DNA of 64,000 nt. Source: an uncultured Alphaproteobacteria bacterium (GTDB taxonomy: Bacteria; Pseudomonadota; Alphaproteobacteria; Rickettsiales; UBA1997). Below, one piece after another: positions 30,157-40,179 of this stretch; positions within the stretch are counted from its first letter, which is position 1; every line of letters begins with the position of its first letter. The position numbers and the translations under genes are program-made. The stretch spans positions 14,075 through 78,074 of the forward strand of contig CAIZZE010000059.1 of assembly GCA_903937405.1 (NCBI GenBank), given 5' to 3'. The notes under the pieces are model-generated. The model saw only the letters and a program-made list of their open reading frames with translations. It was not told where the DNA came from and made no database searches.

Positions 30157-30909
30157 ATGAAAACAACTAGACCATTAATTGGAATTGTTCCAGACTATAA
30201 AGATGGCTGCCCAAACGGCTATTCATCTCGCAATTATTATGCATTGCGCGCCAATTACGTTGAAATGATCAATGATGCCGGAGGCGCTGCGATTATTTTA
30301 ACTTATGATTATGATTTGATTGATTCTTATCTCGATTCGCTCGACGGTCTGGTTGTGGTTGGCGGATATTTTGACATTCATCCAAAGCGTTACGGCGAAC
30401 AACAAATTCATCCGGCTGTAAAATTAAACGACATTCGCGAAAACTTCGAACACGCGCTTGGAAGCAAAGCGATTAAAACCGATGTTCCTTTGTTTGGAAT
30501 TTGCAACGGCATGCAATTAATCAATGTTTTGCACGGCGGAAAAGTGATTCAACATATTCCCGACGAAGAGCAATTTATGGATCACGAACAAAGCCATATT
30601 GAAGGGTTCAATGATTATAAAATACCTTATCACGATATTTTAATTGAGAGAAATTCTAAACTTTTTTCAATTGTCGGCGAAGAAAAAATTAAAACTAATT
30701 CTTCACATCATCAGGCGGCAAAAAATCCTGGTGAAGGCTTGCGAGTTGCAGCGCGCGCTACTGATGGCGTGATTGAAGCGGTTGAAAAACCAGGACATCC
30801 TTTTTGCATTGGCGTACAATGGCATCCAGAATTTGAAGTGACTGACACCGATAAAAAAATCTTTGTAGCTTTTGTTGAAGCGGCAAAAAAATATAAAGAT
30901 TCGAAGTAA
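30157..30909 (+). CDS. class I glutamine amidotransferase-like gamma-glutamyl hydrolase (peptidase C26, PuuD-like)
   Basis: 250 aa with the catalytic Cys context GICNGMQLIN, HHQA and WHPEFE. Confidence 0.75.
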   Translation: MKTTRPLIGIVPDYKDGCPNGYSSRNYYALRANYVEMINDAGGAAIILTYDYDLIDSYLDSLDGLVVVGGYFDIHPKRYGEQQIHPAVKLNDIRENFEHALGSKAIKTDVPLFGICNGMQLINVLHGGKVIQHIPDEEQFMDHEQSHIEGFNDYKIPYHDILIERNSKLFSIVGEEKIKTNSSHHQAAKNPGEGLRVAARATDGVIEAVEKPGHPFCIGVQWHPEFEVTDTDKKIFVAFVEAAKKYKDSK

Positions 30910-30930
30910 TCTTAAAAAAAAATAAAAAAA

Positions 30931-31677
30931 ATGACTGAAATAAAAGCTGAAGAAAAAGGAATCAGAATTGCAAAAGTAATCGCCCAAGCTGGATATTGCT
31001 CGAGAAGAGAAGCGGAAGAAATGATTTTGGAAGGCCGCGTTAAAGTTAATGGCGAAGTTATTACAAGTCCTGCAACTTTTATTACGGATCATTCAATAAA
31101 AATTGATGATAAATTAATTAATGCCAAACAACCAGTGCGTTTGTGGCTTTTTCACAAGCCGGAGGGAGTTTTAACAACGTCAAAAGATCCGCATAATCGC
31201 AAAACTGTTTTTGATTTATTACCCAAAAACATGCCGCGTACGGTGACGGTTGGAAGATTAGATTTTAACACCGAAGGGCTTTTGCTTTTGTCCACAAGCG
31301 GCGAGCTTGCGCGCTACATGGAATTGCCGAAAAATAAATGGATCAGAAAATATCGCGCTCGCGTTTTTGGAAAAGTTAATCACGAAAGATTAAAGAAATT
31401 AGAAAACGGAATTACCGTTGAAGGAATTAGATATGGTTCAATTAAAGTTGAAGTTGAAGTTGAAAAAAACTCAAATTCCTGGCTAAAAATTTCACTCGAA
31501 GAAGGCAAAAATCGCGAAATCAGAAAAGTTATGGAACATCTAGGATTAAAGGTAAACCGCCTAATCCGCGTTTCATTCGGTCCTTTTACTTTAGGTAATT
31601 TAGCAGTTGGCGATATTAGAGAAGTTACAAAAGCGGCGCTTAGAAGCTCGTTTCCGGATATCGTGGCAAAAGGGTAG
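30931..31677 (+). CDS. pseudouridine synthase, RsuA/RluB family (S4 domain + catalytic domain)
   Basis: 248 aa: S4 block RIAKVIAQAGYCSRREAEEMI, and catalytic Asp in VGRLDFNTEGLLLL. Confidence 0.85.
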   Translation: MTEIKAEEKGIRIAKVIAQAGYCSRREAEEMILEGRVKVNGEVITSPATFITDHSIKIDDKLINAKQPVRLWLFHKPEGVLTTSKDPHNRKTVFDLLPKNMPRTVTVGRLDFNTEGLLLLSTSGELARYMELPKNKWIRKYRARVFGKVNHERLKKLENGITVEGIRYGSIKVEVEVEKNSNSWLKISLEEGKNREIRKVMEHLGLKVNRLIRVSFGPFTLGNLAVGDIREVTKAALRSSFPDIVAKG

Positions 31678-31984
31678 ACGGCAATGCACCGAGAGTTTGA
31701 ATATCATATTCTCCGCCATAGCCTGTGATCTTTAGAGCCATAAGACTTCAGACCATTTGATTGTTTTTGCAAACTTTATTGCGAACTCATCTTCACATCT
31801 CCTCCGACCACTGTAGCGCGAAGCGTACCGAAAATAAATTTCATAAAAATAAAACTGACAATCACTTCCTAGGAAAGGGATGCAATTTGCGAATTTTTTG
31901 TTCAAAGGCGTAGTTGAATTCTTTAAAAATAAAAAAATTGGATAATTTTCTATAAAGGATGTTATGCGAAGCCTTGATAAAACC

Positions 31985-32009
31985 AATCAAAACTCGGTGA
32001 ACGTGAAGC
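31985..32009 (+). repeat. short direct repeat flanking the KilA-N/DUF2971 islet (copy 1)
   Basis: aatcaaaactcggtgaacgtgaagc versus aatccgaaattcggtgaacatgaaatgc at 33925-33952. The shared cores are tcggtgaac and tgaa. Confidence 0.4.
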
Positions 32010-32038
32010 GGAGATTTGGAGAATGTTGCTTGCAAAAA

Positions 32039-32938
32039 TTAAGATTTTCTAAACGGAATTTCAGAGCATTTAACTTTTACATTCTTATAACCGAACTCTC
32101 TTAGCATATAATCAACCCAATGCTTTGCTGCTTTCTGATCACTCACTGGACCAATAATTATTTCTTCAATAGCGTTTTCTATGATAGCCGGATCTTCCTC
32201 AAAAAGCTTGATGTGAGCTTTGCCAGGCGCATGGAAATGAAGTTTTTTGCCGCTATTTTTTGGAATCAGGATCACTATTCTTCTTTCTTGCTCTTCGTGA
32301 AAACCTCTGTGTTTAACAAACAAAATAGGAATAAAAGATATGGTCATTAGTTCCCTTATTTTCTTATCTTCCTCTTTCGACATAACTTCTTTTTTGCGGA
32401 GTTTTTCTACAATTTTTATCCAATCATCGGCAGATATGGATTGTTTAAATTTATCAATCTCAACTTTTAATGAGTTGTCTTTTTGAAACATTTTATAATC
32501 ATCTTCAGATTTTGAATAATATCTCACATTTTCATCTAGATCAGCTATCAGAATTTGATCTTTGTCTTCTTGTTTCCAATTTTTTAATACCTCTAACAGA
32601 GCGTTCTTTTTAAACTTGATAGCGTAAGATCCATAGCCCCGCCATTGACTAAGTAATCCATCATTTGAGATGTGCTCTTCGTTAGTAGTTGAGAAACAGA
32701 CAAAGAATACCCCCTCTAATAACTTCCACCTATCCTCGAACAAAAATTTTAAACCATCCTCAGAACGATTATTCTGCTTCATCCATTCTTGTAGGTTTTT
32801 TACAAATAGATCGTTTCCCAATTCAATTTCCGAAGAATCATTACTAGCAAAAACATCAGTCGCCCAAAGACACTTGTTTTGCAAAATTCCCTGAAGACCT
32901 GCTTCGCTTGTATAATGAAAAAGAATTTCTTCGCTCAT
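32039..32938 (-). CDS. DUF2971-like protein
   Basis: 299 aa. The N-terminal LFHYTSEAGLQGILQNKCLWATDVFASNDSSE and C-terminal KHRGFHEEQERRIVI fit the DUF2971 pattern from memory. Confidence 0.55.
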   Translation of the reverse strand: MSEEILFHYTSEAGLQGILQNKCLWATDVFASNDSSEIELGNDLFVKNLQEWMKQNNRSEDGLKFLFEDRWKLLEGVFFVCFSTTNEEHISNDGLLSQWRGYGSYAIKFKKNALLEVLKNWKQEDKDQILIADLDENVRYYSKSEDDYKMFQKDNSLKVEIDKFKQSISADDWIKIVEKLRKKEVMSKEEDKKIRELMTISFIPILFVKHRGFHEEQERRIVILIPKNSGKKLHFHAPGKAHIKLFEEDPAIIENAIEEIIIGPVSDQKAAKHWVDYMLREFGYKNVKVKCSEIPFRKS

Positions 32939-32944
32939 TTTTGT

Positions 32945-33763
32945 TTAATTAATTAATTTTTTTAGCTGATCACTTGCCAACAGCGACTTCATCTGCGAAA
33001 TAGCAATCTCATTCAGATTTTTTAATCTCTCGCCTTGCGATAAATTTTGTTTGATCAAAACCGAATTAATGCTCTCCAAATTTGTCATCACAACCAACTG
33101 TTCTAAGGTTGCATTATCTCGTAAATTTCCCTCAAGATCAGGATTTTCTTTTTTGAATTCAGTGGCGGTTTTTCCAAACAAAGCAACATTCAATAAATCG
33201 GCTTCATTGGCGTAAATCGTTGATATTTGCTGTTTGGAAAGAGTTTTGGGAATTAGATTTTCTTTAATGGCATCAGTATGAATGCGGTAATTTATTTTCG
33301 CCAAAGTGCGCTGCAAATTCCATTCCAGCTTGAGGCGATTATTTTCATCCTCTTTGAGTCGCTGGAATTCTTTAACTAAATAAAGTTTAAATTCTGCAGA
33401 AACCCAAGAAGCGAATTCAAAAGCGATATCTTTGTGGGCAAAAGTTCCACCTGTTTTACCAACTTTAGAAATAATCCCAATCGCATCAGTATTTTCTATC
33501 CATTTACTAGGAGAAAGAACAAAGGCATTTGCTCCGGCTTCTTGCCAAAAGGAGTCGAATTCGACCCCTTTAAAATTTTGATTATTAATTTTTTCCCATA
33601 GACCAAGAAACTCGATGGTATTTTTTGATCTCATCCAATTCTTTACTAAATCTTTTGGTTCATCGGGATTTTTATGACGAGCAATATCTGTTAGCGAAAT
33701 GTAATCGCTGCTACTGGCTTTAAGTATGGAAATTTGTAATTTTTTGATGGTGATTTTCTTCAT
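32945..33763 (-). CDS. KilA-N domain DNA-binding protein
   Basis: 272 aa. It has the blocks YISLTDIARHK...NWMRSKNTIEFLGLWE and GGTFAHKDIAFEFASWVSAEFKLYL, followed by a coiled C-terminal half. Confidence 0.6.
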   Translation of the reverse strand: MKKITIKKLQISILKASSSDYISLTDIARHKNPDEPKDLVKNWMRSKNTIEFLGLWEKINNQNFKGVEFDSFWQEAGANAFVLSPSKWIENTDAIGIISKVGKTGGTFAHKDIAFEFASWVSAEFKLYLVKEFQRLKEDENNRLKLEWNLQRTLAKINYRIHTDAIKENLIPKTLSKQQISTIYANEADLLNVALFGKTATEFKKENPDLEGNLRDNATLEQLVVMTNLESINSVLIKQNLSQGERLKNLNEIAISQMKSLLASDQLKKLIN

Positions 33764-33785
33764 ATTTTTCTTTTGGGTTTAGTTC

Positions 33786-33813
33786 TTAATTATGGCGGAT
33801 TCGCCATAATTAA
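33786..33813. promoter_or_regulatory. perfect 12-bp inverted repeat (ttaattatggcg-gatt-cgccataattaa) 22 nt upstream of the KilA-N start
   Basis: Read directly. Operator-like dyad symmetry lies in the putative promoter region of the islet operon. Confidence 0.45.
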
Positions 33814-33924
33814 AATAATTTTTATAAGTGGTGAGACGTAATTTTAATTGCCATTAGAGTACTGAACAACACAAAAAACAACTCGCAAAATCTGCAAATG
33901 AATTTGTATTTTTTTCAAAAGTAT

Positions 33925-33952
33925 AATCCGAAATTCGGTGAACATGAAATGC
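33925..33952 (+). repeat. short direct repeat flanking the KilA-N/DUF2971 islet (copy 2)
   Basis: See 31985-32009. A second shared pair (aagacttcRga ... cctccgMccact) occurs at 31742-31812 and 33964-34021. Confidence 0.4.
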
Positions 33953-34047
33953 TTTAGAAAATCAAGACTTCGGAAGGTGTCGGAGAAAAGTTCGCAAAAA
34001 GAGGTCGCTTCCTCCGCCACTTGAGCTTATTTAAAATTCATCTTCAA

Positions 34048-34725
34048 TTACCTAATCCCTAGAATCTTGTGCGTTTGTAGTGATAAGAAATATCCGCCTT
34101 CTTCGCATAAGCGCGTTGTATATTCTAAATTTTCTTTGTTTTTAGTGGCATCATATTCATCCATTGGTTGGAGATAAATGGGAATGGGAAATTTTGATTG
34201 GCCGACTTCGGCGAGTTGTTGGTAATTTTTGTGGGTTTTGGAAATTATGAATTTTAGGGCGTTGAGGCGTGGGAGTAAGTCGGGTCTGATTTGGTGATAT
34301 TTTTCGTTGGTGATTTTTGGAGAGCAGATGATTTTTATTTCTGGTGGTAAGTCGCGATAAATGGTGCCGTTAGTTTCGATTTGAACGAGGAAATTTAATT
34401 TTACTAATTCTGCACAAAGTTTTTCAATTGGCTGGCGTAAAGGCTCTCCGCCTGTGATTACGATTAATTTTCTGACAATTTTTCCATCGGAATTTTTTGA
34501 AAGCTTGATAGTTTCTTCGATAATTTTTTCTAAAGAAAAATTTTGATAAGATTCAAATTCAGTATCACAAAAATCGCAGGCTAAATTACAGCCACCAAGG
34601 CGGATAAAGACGGAAGGATGACCAGCGTAAGGGCCTTCACCTTGAAGAGTTGGAAATATTTCTTGAATATCGAGAAAAGAGCCGTCGTGAAGTTCTGGTT
34701 TTAAGATTTTATTTTTACCAAACAT
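34048..34725 (-). CDS. queE: 7-carboxy-7-deazaguanine synthase (radical SAM)
   Basis: 225 aa with the GEGPYAGHPSVFIRLGGCNLACDFCDT (CX3CX2C) cluster motif. Confidence 0.8.
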   Translation of the reverse strand: MFGKNKILKPELHDGSFLDIQEIFPTLQGEGPYAGHPSVFIRLGGCNLACDFCDTEFESYQNFSLEKIIEETIKLSKNSDGKIVRKLIVITGGEPLRQPIEKLCAELVKLNFLVQIETNGTIYRDLPPEIKIICSPKITNEKYHQIRPDLLPRLNALKFIISKTHKNYQQLAEVGQSKFPIPIYLQPMDEYDATKNKENLEYTTRLCEEGGYFLSLQTHKILGIR

Positions 34726-34746
34726 TTTATAGCGAGAGTGTTTAAT

Positions 34747-35121
34747 TTACTGTTTAACTATAAACTTCTGATATGTCTCACGCTCCATTTCAACGATATC
34801 AACGGAAATTTCATGTCTCTTACCTGACAATTTCAAATCAAGAAGAAACTCTCTGCTAAATTCTAGAATTTTCTCAGCCAAATTTTTTCTTATCTGAACC
34901 GTTCTGCCAGTTAGAACTTTTAGAGTTATGTGAATAAAGGAAGAAGTGGTTTGATCTGTCAATCCCACCAAATAATCATCAAAAGGTAAAGCTCTGGCTT
35001 TGCATTGATCAGCGTCAAAATTACCTTCAACACCACTCATGATGTTTTGGATATTTTTTTGTAAATTTGTGATTGAACTTTTTGAGATATTGGCTGAATG
35101 CTCGATGATGAGATGTGGCAT
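34747..35121 (-). CDS. 5-carboxymethyl-2-hydroxymuconate isomerase-like (CHMI/tautomerase family) protein
   Basis: 124 aa. The MPHLIIEHSANI N-terminus (Pro-1 after Met removal) is typical of the family. Confidence 0.5.
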   Translation of the reverse strand: MPHLIIEHSANISKSSITNLQKNIQNIMSGVEGNFDADQCKARALPFDDYLVGLTDQTTSSFIHITLKVLTGRTVQIRKNLAEKILEFSREFLLDLKLSGKRHEISVDIVEMERETYQKFIVKQ

Positions 35122-35197
35122 ATATAATCGTGAGTTGAATTAGTTCGCGTTTTTTAAGAAAAACAAAGACGATAGCCCGCATGTTTTTGTTTTTTGT

Positions 35198-35249
35198 GTA
35201 ATGATGCAAGCATCATTACGTATTGGAAATTGATCCGAAGATCAATTTC
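35198..35249 (-). other. two perfect hairpins in the 16S 3' trailer
   Basis: gaaattgatc-cgaa-gatcaatttc (35226-35249; UUCG loop on the RNA strand) and gtaatgatgc-aa-gcatcattac (35198-35219). Confidence 0.6.
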
Positions 35250-35255
35250 TTTTCT

Positions 35256-36746
<1,491 letters not shown>

Positions 36747-36901
36747 AATTTGTTCTGACTGAATCTTTTTTTTGCTGACATAAAACTCGCGACATTGCTG
36801 CCGCTAGAATTAACGAAAACATCTAAAAAGATAGTCCACACGGAACTATCGCCTTAGTTTTTCTTAAAAATTACTTTTTGCTAAAAGTATAAACGCGACT
36901 A

Positions 36902-36919
36902 TTCACGATGTAAAACAAC
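36902..36919 (-). promoter_or_regulatory. rRNA leader box shared with the 23S leader (boxA-like candidate)
   Basis: Minus strand gttgttttacatcgtgaa. See 5161-5177. Confidence 0.4.
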
Positions 36920-37022
36920 TAGATTTTTGGCAAAAGAAATTTGTCTTCAGCAGTTAAGCTGATTTGAATTTCTTTTCAAAAATCAGGGAAAAATTCAGAA
37001 GTCATTTCCGAACGAGCGGCGC

Positions 37023-37050
37023 AATTTAGGTCCAACTTTTCTTTTGTCAA
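37023..37050 (-). promoter_or_regulatory. candidate sigma70-type promoter of the 16S unit
   Basis: Minus strand: TTGACA (37050-37045), 16-nt spacer, TAAATT (37028-37023). It lies directly downstream of the holA stop. Confidence 0.5.
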
Positions 37051-37069
37051 GCAGACAAATCAATATTTG

Positions 37070-38104
37070 TTAAATATTTTTATTTTTTCTCAAACAATTT
37101 TGGACAAAAGCACTAAACACAAGCTTTCCTGGCATTATGCCTTTTTTAATATTTATCTCTAATTCCGCTAATTCCTGTAAATTTTTGGTTAAAAACTGCA
37201 ATGGAAGAGTTATTAAATGCTTCCGAAATTCGATTTCTGTTTTGAAAAAAAGACGTTGTGACTTCACAACTTCCTCAAAATTTGCCTTCTCTAATTCGGT
37301 TTGAATTCTACAGTGATAGAGCTTTTGAAGGTAATTTGAGAGAAAACGAATCAAGGTAATAGGTTCAAAACCATCTTTAAAAAGCTTTTCTGTTTGTTGT
37401 AATGCAATATCAAATTTTCGTGCTGCAAAATTCATCACAAATTCATTGGCTGTAATATCGCTTTCAGACTGTGTCAGCTTATCTACAAGCTCTGTTGTTA
37501 AAACCTTGTTTTCACCTAGAAAAACGGTGATTTTTTCAAGTTCAGACAGAATGATTTGGCGATTTTTTCCGAATTTTTCTATTAACAAGTCAATGGTCTG
37601 AGAGCTTGATTTTACTTGCTTTGATGCCAATTCATTTTCAATAAATTTTTTAATTACACGCTCATCATCTTCGTAACAAGCGATTGCTGCGAAATTTGGA
37701 TTATCCTCCGCAGCCTTACGCAGAGGCGATGATTTGTCCAAGTCGCCGGCTTGAATCAAAATAAAATTATCACTTTTTTTAGCAAAATCCTGATCTTCAA
37801 AAAGAATCTTAAGCGCTGCTCCACCAGCAATATCAACGTCTTTCACTAAAATTAATTTTCTTCCACCCAACATTGAGTAGGAAAAAAACTCATCAGCTAA
37901 AATTCCTTTATCTTCCGAAAGCCGCTCTTTGCTTAGGTTTGTGACCATAAATGGATCAGATAAATCTGGTGAAATCTTCTTAGAAATCATATCAAATCTA
38001 TAATTTACAACTGATGTTTCAGGCCCAAATACCAAGCATCCGGCAACTTTTTCCTGGGCAATTTTTTGGATATAAAAATCAATCTGTGCGTTAGCAATTT
38101 TCAT
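37070..38104 (-). CDS. holA: DNA polymerase III delta subunit
   Basis: 344 aa. The length and block order (N-terminal clamp-loader-like domain, ...LSELEKI...) are consistent with HolA. Confidence 0.65.
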   Translation of the reverse strand: MKIANAQIDFYIQKIAQEKVAGCLVFGPETSVVNYRFDMISKKISPDLSDPFMVTNLSKERLSEDKGILADEFFSYSMLGGRKLILVKDVDIAGGAALKILFEDQDFAKKSDNFILIQAGDLDKSSPLRKAAEDNPNFAAIACYEDDERVIKKFIENELASKQVKSSSQTIDLLIEKFGKNRQIILSELEKITVFLGENKVLTTELVDKLTQSESDITANEFVMNFAARKFDIALQQTEKLFKDGFEPITLIRFLSNYLQKLYHCRIQTELEKANFEEVVKSQRLFFKTEIEFRKHLITLPLQFLTKNLQELAELEINIKKGIMPGKLVFSAFVQNCLRKNKNI

Positions 38105-38338
38105 TAGTTAAATTGTAAGAGTTGTGCAATGGCGCGGTTTTGCGCGAAGAATATAATCTGCTTTTTATAAAAAAATTACACAAAGCATTTTTAATATCAC
38201 TTTTTGATATTATGAGCCTGTCGTAAATATTAAATATTCTCCAAACCAATCTTCAATTTTAGAATTTCAAACTCATCAAATTTTATTGCATATATAGTAC
38301 AGCAAAAAAATGTCCCTTTATGAATTTTATTAAATTAT

Positions 38339-38357
38339 GATATTGACTATCATTTTC
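38339..38357. promoter_or_regulatory. candidate Fur box upstream of tonB
   Basis: gatattgactatcattttc matches the 19-bp consensus GATAATGATAATCATTATC at 15 of 19 positions. It ends 38 nt upstream of the tonB ATG. Confidence 0.55.
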
Positions 38358-38395
38358 GTTAAAACTATTTTGTCGCTCTAATTTATTTTAAATTT

Positions 38396-39022
38396 ATGAA
38401 AATCAGTTTTTTAAACTTGCAACATTCACATTTTATTGCGCTAACTGCCGCCGCTTTTGTACATGGTTCAATTGCGGTTTGGTCAATGATGCCATCGAAT
38501 CCGATCGTTATTAACCAACAAGCAATTCAGGTAAGTTTTGTAGCGCCTTCGGCTTCGGAGAAAAAAAATGAAAGCGCTTCTCACAAAAAAATTGCGCTAA
38601 ATGTTGAAAGCGAAAATGCTCTAAAACAAAAGAAAAATGACAAAGTTGAAAAATCCGAAAGCAAAGCCGAAAAAAACAAATTAGCCGGGAAAGAAACTTC
38701 CGGTCGTGTTGATCCAAATGCAACTGCAACAAAATCTGCCGAAACTGATCCGGTTTTTGACGCTGCTTATTTAAACAACCCTGCCCCGTCTTATCCACAA
38801 GCCGCAAAACGCAAAGGCATTCAAGGCAAAGTTATGCTTAATGTTATTGTAAAAGCAGATGGCACGCCAGCTAAAGTGCAAGTTTATCATTCGAGTGGTT
38901 TCAGTGCTTTAGATGAAGCAGCTCTTGAAGCGGTTAGACAATGGAAATTTGTTCCGGCGCGTCGCGGTGGAGAATTTGTTCAGGCCAACGTGGTTGTTCC
39001 TGTTGATTTCAAAATGATTTAA
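38396..39022 (+). CDS. tonB: energy transducer TonB
   Basis: 208 aa: an N-terminal TM anchor, a charged linker, and the C-terminal TonB domain YPQAAKRKGIQGKVMLNVIV...ALEAVRQWKFVPA. Confidence 0.75.
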   Translation: MKISFLNLQHSHFIALTAAAFVHGSIAVWSMMPSNPIVINQQAIQVSFVAPSASEKKNESASHKKIALNVESENALKQKKNDKVEKSESKAEKNKLAGKETSGRVDPNATATKSAETDPVFDAAYLNNPAPSYPQAAKRKGIQGKVMLNVIVKADGTPAKVQVYHSSGFSALDEAALEAVRQWKFVPARRGGEFVQANVVVPVDFKMI

Positions 39023-39034
39023 GGTTTTTAAAAA

Positions 39035-39682
39035 ATGAATTTCGCTCACGTTTTTGCTCAAGGAAACTCAGTTTTAATTGCGGTTTTTTTACTACTTTTA
39101 GCAATGTCTTTCGCCAGCTGGTATTTAATTTTCTGGAAAGGTTTAAAGCTGCGCCAAGAATATAAAGCATTTCAAAAATTTCACGATACCTACGTAAATA
39201 TTAAAGACTGGCCGGCTCGCAAAAATTTTCAAAATGTTGAAGGCAGCGTTAATGATTTGTTGATTGAAGTAAAAAAACTCGAACCAATCCTTCCGCAATA
39301 TAACACTCACGAAGCTAAAAAAGAAATTTTGACTATGCATTTGTTGCAGGTTTTGGATGAAACCAGAATTAATCTCGATAAAGGCTTAACCGTTCTGGCA
39401 TCTATCGGCAGCTCCTCACCATTCATCGGATTATTCGGAACAGTTTGGGGAATTTACAACGCACTTCAAAGCATTGCTGCGCAAGGAAATGCCGGACTTT
39501 CAGTTGTTGCCGGCCCAATGGGCGAAGCTTTAGTTGCAACGGCGATTGGTCTTTTTGCCGCAATTCCGGCAGTTTTAGCTTACAATAGTTTCGTTCGTCT
39601 AAATCGCCTTTTAGTACAAAACCTGCGTCATGTTGCGGAGCAGATGACTGTTTACCTATCTAACGAAACTCAAAAACACTAA
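39035..39682 (+). CDS. exbB: MotA/TolQ/ExbB proton-channel protein
   Basis: 215 aa with GLFGTVWGI and GPMGEALVATAIGLFAAIPAV. Confidence 0.85.
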   Translation: MNFAHVFAQGNSVLIAVFLLLLAMSFASWYLIFWKGLKLRQEYKAFQKFHDTYVNIKDWPARKNFQNVEGSVNDLLIEVKKLEPILPQYNTHEAKKEILTMHLLQVLDETRINLDKGLTVLASIGSSSPFIGLFGTVWGIYNALQSIAAQGNAGLSVVAGPMGEALVATAIGLFAAIPAVLAYNSFVRLNRLLVQNLRHVAEQMTVYLSNETQKH

Positions 39683-39685
39683 TTC

Positions 39686-40093
39686 ATGCAAAGTCCTTTT
39701 GATCGCGAAGATTTACAAGCGCCACTTGCTGAAATAAACACCACGCCACTTGTTGACGTGATGTTGGTATTGCTGGTGATTTTCTTGGTTACAGCGCCAA
39801 TGTTAAATAGTGCCATTAAACTTAATTTGCCGTCAGAAACTGCGGCCCAAATTAGCGAACAAAAAACTCTCACAATTTCTGTAAATAAATCAGGCCAATA
39901 TTTTTTAGATGATGCGCCAATTTCGACTGATGAGCTGGAAAGAAAACTAGAACTCACCGCTAAAGATAATCCGAAACAACCAATTCACATCCGCGCCGAT
40001 GTTGATGTTTCTTACGGTAAAGTAAGTCACGTTTTAGCAATAGCGCAAAGGTTTGGATTGGCGAATGTTGGGTTTGTAACCGAACCGAAGTAG
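39686..40093 (+). CDS. exbD: biopolymer transport protein ExbD/TolR
   Basis: 135 aa with EINTTPLVDVMLVLLVIFLVTAP. Confidence 0.85.
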   Translation: MQSPFDREDLQAPLAEINTTPLVDVMLVLLVIFLVTAPMLNSAIKLNLPSETAAQISEQKTLTISVNKSGQYFLDDAPISTDELERKLELTAKDNPKQPIHIRADVDVSYGKVSHVLAIAQRFGLANVGFVTEPK

Positions 40094-40094
40094 A

Positions 40095-40119
40095 GAAAAC
40101 AGCCTAAATGGCTGTTTTC
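40095..40119 (+). terminator. hairpin after exbD
   Basis: gaaaacagcc-taaat-ggctgttttc: a 9-bp stem whose 3' side ends in TTTT. Confidence 0.5.
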
Positions 40120-40179
40120 GGCACTAACACACTCTAAGGAAATTATTACAGAAGGATCGCAATTTTAATTTTTTAAGAA

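Noticed and set aside
30703-31092. 129-aa minus-strand ORF spanning the C26 hydrolase / pseudouridine synthase junction
   Set aside because: It overlaps two well-supported plus-strand genes, and its Phe/Asn-rich composition is typical of AT-rich antisense frames.
31732-31986. 84-aa minus-strand ORF in the left flank of the KilA-N/DUF2971 islet
   Set aside because: It has no motif and an odd composition. It lies in what looks like degraded non-coding flank. It could be a pseudogene remnant, but I cannot support a call.
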